Assembly: GCF_000219355.1 (NCBI RefSeq)
Contig: NC_015722.1
Span: 60,001-92,000 of the forward strand
Source: Candidatus Midichloria mitochondrii IricVA
GTDB taxonomy: Bacteria; Pseudomonadota; Alphaproteobacteria; Rickettsiales; Midichloriaceae
Length of the DNA stretch: 32,000 bases
Direction of reading: 5' to 3'
Part shown: one piece after another, positions 25,900 to 32,000 of the stretch
How the letters are laid out: each line of letters begins with the position of its first letter
Numbering within the stretch: the first letter of the stretch is position 1
Notes under the pieces: model-generated
Told to the model about the DNA's origin: nothing
What the model saw: the letters and a program-made list of their open reading frames with translations, nothing else
Database searches by the model: none
Program-made: the position numbers and the translations under genes

Positions 25900-27375
25900 T
25901 CACTTAATTTTGTTAACTAAATTTTCTGTGAACATAAAAAGATTATGATTTATAATGTTTGGCATAATACCTAACAATACAATAAAAACCGCAATAGAAG
26001 CTAAATAAGTTTTTTCTCTTACTGATAAATCTGTTATTTCAACAAGCTGACCTTTTAGCTGACCAAACATCAATCGTGCGTACAACCAAAGCATATATGC
26101 TGCTCCTAAAACCATTCCAAGTGCAAGCAATACCCCGTATAAATTTTTTGTTTTAAATGCAGCAAATAGAACGAAAAACTCTCCAACGAATCCAGAGGTC
26201 GCAGGAAGTCCAACAGAGCCTAGCATAAATATCATGAAAAATAACGCAAATGTGGGCATTTTTTTTGTTAGGCCGCCGTAAAAACTTATTTCTTTAGTAT
26301 GCATTCTATCGTACAAAACGCCTATACAAAGGAATAAAGCGCTAGAAATTAATCCGTGGCTTAACATAGTAAAAATCGATCCCTCTATACCTTGGGACGT
26401 GAATGTAAACATACCTGCGGTAACATAACCCATATGCGCTACTGATGAATAAGCTATCATCTTTTTCATATCTGTTTGCATTAGAGCTACTAAGGATGTG
26501 TAGATTACGGCTACGATGCTCAGGATTATGACAAAGTCAGCGAAATATATAGAGCCTTCGGGCAGCATAGGTATCGAAAAGCGTAAGAAGCCGTACCCTC
26601 CTAGCTTTAGAAGCACTCCTGCTAGCATTACAGAGCCTGCAGTAGGTGCTTGTACGTGAGCATCTGGCAACCATGTATGCAAAGGCCACATCGGAACTTT
26701 AATTGCGAAAGCCATGAATAACGCAGCCCATAGCCACTTTTGTGTTTCTATATTGTAATGTGGAACTTTTTCAACGAGTAGCTGTATATCCGCGGTTTCT
26801 GAATAAAAGATCATGTAGAGTATAGCAAGCAGGAACAAAACAGAGCCAAATAAAGTATATAGGAAGAATTTAAATGAGGCATAAATTCTGTTTTCTCCGC
26901 CCCAAATGCCAATTATAAAAAACATTGGGATTAGGACGGTTTCAAAAAATAGATAAAACAATACTATATCAGCAGCAGCAAAAACTCCTATTATGAGGCC
27001 TTCTAAAAGAAGTAGTAATGCAAAAAATTCTCTGACTTTATCTTTAATAGAATTCCAGCTTGCAACAATACATATCAAGGATAGAAACGTTGTAAGAAGT
27101 ATAAAATACAAGGAGATAATATCAATTCCAAGGTGGTAACTAATATTATATTCCGCAAACCAAGCTTTCTTCTCAACGAATTGTAATTGATCAGTTTCTT
27201 TATCAAATCTTGACAGTATGAAAATTGAAATTAAGAAATTAGCTGAAGCAACAATAAGAGCGAGATATTTTGATACAATATCAGATTTAAAGTAGTTGAC
27301 CATGCCAAGCAAGATTATTACTACTGCTCCTAAAATTGGTGAAAAAATATGATTTGAAAGAATTGCTGTTTCCAC
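25900..27375 (-). CDS. nuoM: NADH-quinone oxidoreductase subunit M
   Basis: [36 protein letters not shown] motif. 491 aa. Confidence 0.9.
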   Translation of the reverse strand: METAILSNHIFSPILGAVVIILLGMVNYFKSDIVSKYLALIVASANFLISIFILSRFDKETDQLQFVEKKAWFAEYNISYHLGIDIISLYFILLTTFLSLICIVASWNSIKDKVREFFALLLLLEGLIIGVFAAADIVLFYLFFETVLIPMFFIIGIWGGENRIYASFKFFLYTLFGSVLFLLAILYMIFYSETADIQLLVEKVPHYNIETQKWLWAALFMAFAIKVPMWPLHTWLPDAHVQAPTAGSVMLAGVLLKLGGYGFLRFSIPMLPEGSIYFADFVIILSIVAVIYTSLVALMQTDMKKMIAYSSVAHMGYVTAGMFTFTSQGIEGSIFTMLSHGLISSALFLCIGVLYDRMHTKEISFYGGLTKKMPTFALFFMIFMLGSVGLPATSGFVGEFFVLFAAFKTKNLYGVLLALGMVLGAAYMLWLYARLMFGQLKGQLVEITDLSVREKTYLASIAVFIVLLGIMPNIINHNLFMFTENLVNKIK

Positions 27376-27420
27376 AAAGTTATCTCCAGTCTCAATATTT
27401 TAATAAAAATATATTTAAAA

Positions 27421-29358
27421 TTACCATGGCAAATACCAATAAACTAAAATCATAACCCCTATTAACATTGCCATTGCATAATGATAAATATAACCAGTTT
27501 GCAGTAAACAAGCGACTTTTGCAAATCTAGCAACAGCTCTTGCGGAGTAGTTCGGAATACCGTCAATAAAACCGACATCAACAAATCGCCATAAACTCGT
27601 GCCTAGTAATTTAACTGGCTTAATTAAGATAAACTCATATACTTCATCAAAATACCACTTTTTTTCTAAGAATGAATTGATATTACGAAAATTTTTATAT
27701 GACCAGCTTGAAACAATTGGTTTTAATATATAAGAATAATATGCAAGTAACATTGCAAATAGTGCAGCAAGCAAAGGTATTTGTGCTACCCAGTGTCCGA
27801 TCGTATCAATTTTATCTATAGAATCATGCTCTTGTAAGACGAAGATGGCACCAGACCAAAAAGACAGGTTGCTGATATCAATAATATGGTATCCAATATA
27901 TCCACATATTAACGATCCTATACCCAGCACCATTAGAGGTATCATCATAGACTGAGGTGCTTCATGAATTTCTGTGAAGATTTTTTTATCTGCATTAGTT
28001 GGAGCATAGAAAACTAAGAATAATAAGCGGCAGGAGTAAAACGCAGTTAACGTTGCAGCTGCAACTCCAAGCCAATAAGCTAGATGACCAAACCTTGAGT
28101 CCGAGGCATAGGCGGCTTCTAATATTAAGTCTTTGGAGAAAAACCCTGAAAGAGGTGGAATTCCCGCCAAAGCTATTGATCCTATCCACATCAGAGCGTG
28201 GGTATAAGGAAGTTTTTTCCATATTCCTCCCATTTTCTTGATATTTTGCTCATCAGCAAGAGCGTGAATTATGCTGCCTGCTCCTAGGAATAATAGTGCC
28301 TTAAAAAAGGCGTGGGTAAGTAAGTGAAAGATGCCAGCGGAATAGGCAGAGACCCCACAAGCAAAAAACATATACCCCAGCTGGCTGCAGGTTGAATAGG
28401 CAATAATTTTTTTGATATCATTTTGAGCAGTGGCGATGGTGGCTGCAAATAGGCAGGTGGCTGCGCCAACTATAGTCACCAAATCTAAGGCAATTTCTGA
28501 ATATTCAAATAAATAAGAGCATCTTGCTAATAAAAACACTCCAGCAGTTACCATGGTTGCTGCATGTATTAGAGCTGACACGGGAGTTGGTCCTTCCATG
28601 GCATCTGGTAGCCAGGTATGCAAGCCTAATTGTGCCGACTTGCCCATACATCCGATAAAGAGCGCTATACAGATAACCGTCAATAACCTAGTATCGACAC
28701 TTAAGAAATTGATGGTTTCTTCAGATAAATATTTTGTTTTAGAAAAGACGGTAGCATACTCAACACTACCAAACTTCATTGCGATTAAGAAAATTCCAAT
28801 AGCTAAGCCTATGTCGCCTACTCTGTTTACCAAGAAAGCTTTCATTGCAGCAGAGTACGCAGATTTTTTGTGAAACCAGAACCCAATCAAAAGATAAGAG
28901 CTTAATCCAACTCCTTCCCAACCGACAAATAATTGGGCAAAATTATCGGCACTCACTAAAACTAACATGAAAAAGGTAAAGAGAGATAAGTAGCTAAAAA
29001 AACGCGGCTGATTGGGATCATGCGACATATAGCTTACGGAATAAATGTGGACTAGGGTTGATACAGTGTTTACTACTAAAAACATAATGGCGGTAAGAGG
29101 ATCTATGTAAATAGACCAATCCGCTTTAAGTTCGCCCAAATTGAGCCAGTTTATCAGCTTAAGGTGAATTATTTGACCATCAAAGCAAGTATAGTAAAAA
29201 ATTATCCATGAGAAAATTGCTGCAATACTTACAAAAGAAATCGTGATTATCTGCGCGATTACCGGCTTGACCTTATTGGTATTTAAGCCAACTGGGATGG
29301 AGGCGAGCAACGGTAGGAAAACTACGGATAATGATAAATTGTGTAAATACATATTCAT
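27421..29358 (-). CDS. nuoL: NADH-quinone oxidoreductase subunit L
   Basis: [50 protein letters not shown]. 645 aa. Confidence 0.9.
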   Translation of the reverse strand: MNMYLHNLSLSVVFLPLLASIPVGLNTNKVKPVIAQIITISFVSIAAIFSWIIFYYTCFDGQIIHLKLINWLNLGELKADWSIYIDPLTAIMFLVVNTVSTLVHIYSVSYMSHDPNQPRFFSYLSLFTFFMLVLVSADNFAQLFVGWEGVGLSSYLLIGFWFHKKSAYSAAMKAFLVNRVGDIGLAIGIFLIAMKFGSVEYATVFSKTKYLSEETINFLSVDTRLLTVICIALFIGCMGKSAQLGLHTWLPDAMEGPTPVSALIHAATMVTAGVFLLARCSYLFEYSEIALDLVTIVGAATCLFAATIATAQNDIKKIIAYSTCSQLGYMFFACGVSAYSAGIFHLLTHAFFKALLFLGAGSIIHALADEQNIKKMGGIWKKLPYTHALMWIGSIALAGIPPLSGFFSKDLILEAAYASDSRFGHLAYWLGVAAATLTAFYSCRLLFLVFYAPTNADKKIFTEIHEAPQSMMIPLMVLGIGSLICGYIGYHIIDISNLSFWSGAIFVLQEHDSIDKIDTIGHWVAQIPLLAALFAMLLAYYSYILKPIVSSWSYKNFRNINSFLEKKWYFDEVYEFILIKPVKLLGTSLWRFVDVGFIDGIPNYSARAVARFAKVACLLQTGYIYHYAMAMLIGVMILVYWYLPW

Positions 29359-29681
29359 CCTTTCATTTCATTAGCGTTGCCTATTTCTACGGTGCCCTTA
29401 TCTCTAAAAAATTGCATAATGATAGCGAGTCCAATTGCGGCCTCTGCTGCTGCAATTGTGAGTATAAAAATAGTAAAGATCTGTCCGCTTAAATCACCAA
29501 TATATGAAGAGAACGCAACAAAATTTATGCTAACCGCAAGTAACATGAGTTCAATTGACATTAAAATCGAGATCATATTTTGTCTATTAGTTAGGATTCC
29601 ACAAGCACCTATCATAAACAGCGCCCCGCTTACTGTGATGTAGTTTATTATACTAATATCGCCTACTATACTGTAATTCAT
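29355..29681 (-). CDS. nuoK: NADH-quinone oxidoreductase subunit K
   Basis: 108 aa with three TM segments. [18 protein letters not shown] and [11 protein letters not shown] motifs. 4-nt overlaps with nuoJ and nuoL. Confidence 0.88.
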   Translation of the reverse strand: MNYSIVGDISIINYITVSGALFMIGACGILTNRQNMISILMSIELMLLAVSINFVAFSSYIGDLSGQIFTIFILTIAAAEAAIGLAIIMQFFRDKGTVEIGNANEMKG

Positions 29682-30283
29682 TTTACTTCTACCCCTCGAC
29701 CAAATTCTGGGTTTACTATAGCAACAGCCTCCTGTCTATTACGGCTAATTTGCTTGTAAATATTCTGACGTTTAACAAATTTTACATGTCTTAAAGTTAA
29801 CAAGATGGCACCAACCATTGCAACTAAAAGTATGAGCCCGGCCAGTTGGAATTGCAAGAAGTAATCAGTATAAAGCACAGAGCCTATTGATTCCGTATTA
29901 GGTAAAGTAGACGCGGTTGCATCCTTTTCAGCAGGGAGCAAATACTCAGGCGATCTACGCATCGCCCAATCCATTTCAAAAAATATAATACCACAAAGTA
30001 TAATCGCTAAAGGCAGAACGGAAATAAATTTTCTTTTTGCATTTGTGTTATTGTTGTCTATCATCATCACAGAAAACAGGAAGAGGACGGCTACCGCGCC
30101 TACATACACAATAACTATGGTCATGGCTATATATTCTGCTCCTATCAAAATAAAAAGAGCTGCGGCATTAAAGAAGGCAAAAATCAGAAGTAAAACTGCG
30201 TGAACAGGCTTCCTCAAGGATACCACTAATATCCCAGATAACAGTAAAAGTGCGCTAAAAAAGTAAAAAGTTAATTCTATCAT
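29678..30283 (-). CDS. nuoJ: NADH-quinone oxidoreductase subunit J
   Basis: 201 aa. [65 protein letters not shown] is typical of NuoJ. Confidence 0.88.
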   Translation of the reverse strand: MIELTFYFFSALLLLSGILVVSLRKPVHAVLLLIFAFFNAAALFILIGAEYIAMTIVIVYVGAVAVLFLFSVMMIDNNNTNAKRKFISVLPLAIILCGIIFFEMDWAMRRSPEYLLPAEKDATASTLPNTESIGSVLYTDYFLQFQLAGLILLVAMVGAILLTLRHVKFVKRQNIYKQISRNRQEAVAIVNPEFGRGVEVK

Positions 30284-30426
30284 AGATACTCCTATATCGT
30301 GCTTACCACAATCTTAAAACAAAAATTACCAGAGCCAAGAACATTTTCTAAGACTAATTGCGAAGCTAGCATGAATAAAGTGATGTTGCAATAGTGCTTT
30401 TCGTCTTAAAGGCCTCTACTATCTGG

Positions 30427-32000
30427 CTAATTTATGGCAGTTGCGCTAAACAATTGTAAAACTTCTACTTTGGTATAATTTTTTTTAGCTATAGCTGCAT
30501 TGTAATTAACTATATTTTCTAAGACTTTTTTTACATAAAGTCTTGTTTCTCCGTATGGCATAAGTTCTAACCAGTCAAGGACTTCATGTAGTTTTTTTAA
30601 ATTCCTAGGATCTCCATATTCTGAGGTCCATCTGGCAACAGCATTTTCGCCGGCATTATAAGAAGCAATAGCCATTATATAATTATTATCCCAAAGCTCC
30701 ATTAGCCTATCAACATAACATGCTCCAATGTTGATATTAGTTGAAGCATTACAGTCATAATCATTTTTTTCTAGTTTTAATTTTTTAGCATAATTCTCGG
30801 CAGTTCTAGGCATGAGTTGCATTAACCCTCTTGCTCCTGCAGGGCTCAGCGCTTCATGATCAAAACCACTCTCTTGTCTAATGATTGCAAGATAAAGGGT
30901 ATGATCATATTTCTTAGCAATTTTATGGATATCGGAATGCGATGGATAACTTGCTTCTATTATTGGACGTCCTGAGTTTGCGAGCTGCTTGGCTACCGCA
31001 ACAATTATAGGTACCTCCTCTAACTGCTCTAAAACCTTAGCAAGATCGGAATCGGATAAATCAAAATCTATTATATAACTTGCTAATTTATTTGCTTCTG
31101 CCTTAAGGCCACACTTATAAAGCGCTTTAGTCCAAATTATAACTTCTTCGATTCTCTTTTTATTGATTGCTTTTGGTGGGGTACGCTTTTTTTCATTGAT
31201 TGGGGTACGGTAATCCAGCTTGGAACCTACTTCTAAACTGGCCAGCTGTCCGTAAAAGAAGTGCGGGTAAGTTCTAGCTGCAAAGTTAAGCCAGTGGCTC
31301 ATTTTTTGTTTATCTCTAATTGCTTTATAAGCTCTTCCAAGCCAATATGCTCCTTGTGCCTTAGAGTGCGAAGTTTTAGCGGTATTAAACATGTTGTGGA
31401 AATGCTCTAGAGCACTTCTTGGATTGCCAAGCATCCTAAAGGTAATAAATCCTGCAAGCCATTCTGACTCAAAAAAATCCGGCCCTTGTTTTATTTGATT
31501 ACTTTTTGCTAGTTTTAAAGCGGTTTGATATTTTTTTTCTCTTAAAGCATTTCTAATTGCAATATTTTTTAGCTGCCACCACCTTACTGGAAATTCCTTA
31601 CAATTGGCTTGCAAGAGTAGGTCATATCCTGCTCGATATTTTTTTGCTGCATTAAGATGTCTTATATAAAAATAAAGCGCTACAGCTTTTAATTGAGGAC
31701 TAATTCGTTTGTTTTTAAAGAGTTTTTTAGCTGTCTCCATATTAGAGTTTGCTTTTATAAGCTCTTCATAAATACTTTTTTTAGCAGCTGGCAAAAACCT
31801 AATTAAATTTTTAGCTTCCTCAATTTTTTTGCACATTAAAAAAGTGCGAATTTTTGTTTCCAGAGAAGAAATATGAAATGACTTTATGTAAGTATTAATT
31901 AGATAGTTTTCGGTTTCAGACTGAAAAGTAGATTTTACCCATATTCTTTCAAGTCTTTCCAAGTCCTCTTCCGGGTGCATTTTTTCTCTTATAGCAGCAT
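30427..32000 (-). CDS. slt: Soluble lytic murein transglycosylase (Slt70-like), 5' end outside the window
   Basis: The C-terminal SLT domain motifs are AIIRQESGFDHEALSPAGARGLMQLMP ... ASYNAGENAV. An N-terminal helical-repeat region precedes them. The frame stays open upstream of the ATG at 31980 to the window edge (..AAIREK-MHPEE), so the gene is probably 5'-partial here. Confidence 0.8.
   Translation of the reverse strand, partial: AAIREKMHPEEDLERLERIWVKSTFQSETENYLINTYIKSFHISSLETKIRTFLMCKKIEEAKNLIRFLPAAKKSIYEELIKANSNMETAKKLFKNKRISPQLKAVALYFYIRHLNAAKKYRAGYDLLLQANCKEFPVRWWQLKNIAIRNALREKKYQTALKLAKSNQIKQGPDFFESEWLAGFITFRMLGNPRSALEHFHNMFNTAKTSHSKAQGAYWLGRAYKAIRDKQKMSHWLNFAARTYPHFFYGQLASLEVGSKLDYRTPINEKKRTPPKAINKKRIEEVIIWTKALYKCGLKAEANKLASYIIDFDLSDSDLAKVLEQLEEVPIIVAVAKQLANSGRPIIEASYPSHSDIHKIAKKYDHTLYLAIIRQESGFDHEALSPAGARGLMQLMPRTAENYAKKLKLEKNDYDCNASTNINIGACYVDRLMELWDNNYIMAIASYNAGENAVARWTSEYGDPRNLKKLHEVLDWLELMPYGETRLYVKKVLENIVNYNAAIAKKNYTKVEVLQLFSATAIN

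Noticed and set aside
27995-28873. ORFs overlapping nuoL on either strand (27995-28222, 27999-28241, 28284-28469, 28553-28873). Similar ones lie inside nuoN (24786-25019), nuoK (29377-29643), cydA, cydB, miaB, eno and the symporter (3345-3593, 3963-4205).
   Set aside because: All lie wholly inside long, motif-verified genes, have no start signals and have low-complexity or odd composition. They are typical shadow ORFs.
1-32000. CRISPR arrays, tandem repeat arrays, rRNA, tmRNA, RNase P RNA, SRP RNA, and intact defence or toxin-antitoxin modules.
   Set aside because: Scanning by eye, I saw no regularly spaced direct repeats and no conserved ncRNA signature sequences. No small adjacent ORF pairs had recognisable TA or defence motifs. 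A covariance-model scan would be needed to exclude small ncRNAs, for example in 12844-13093.

Overview
This is an AT-rich window that reads like the chromosome of an obligate-intracellular, Rickettsiales-type alphaproteobacterium. The signs are a class I lysyl-tRNA synthetase, scattered nuo clusters, decayed conjugation genes and IS relics. The lineage call is inference only.

It has three zones.

(1) 1-8.1 kb is a graveyard of accessory and mobile DNA. It holds a fragmented AAA-ATPase-like gene, a truncated IS982-family fragment, and a ~300-bp inverted duplication of a transporter 5' end. It also holds colinear TraA relaxase/helicase pseudogene pieces, a Toprim/primase-like pseudogene and a truncated transporter paralog. 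One intact sodium:solute symporter gene survives among them.

(2) 8.2-22 kb is housekeeping: tRNA(CAU), miaB, cydAB, ndk, eno, tsaB, two tandem lineage-specific membrane ORFs, lysS, tRNA-His and hemB. Two decayed IS982-family copies in inverted orientation, an IS1-like relic and one decayed gene of unknown function punctuate this zone.

(3) 22.1-32 kb is a minus-strand run of slt (partial), nuoJ-K-L-M-N, then immediately nuoD-nuoE.

I did not find an intact, clearly novel multi-gene system: no CRISPR array, defence-type operon or toxin-antitoxin pair that I can support.

The best second-look items are:
- the inverted duplication bracketing a relaxase relic upstream of the symporter;
- the symporter nested between colinear TraA fragments;
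- the tandem paralogous membrane proteins at 15.4-16.7 kb;
- a 68% GC palindromic element between convergent genes;
- the non-canonical nuoN-nuoD junction.

All family assignments rest on motif recognition by eye, not database searches.
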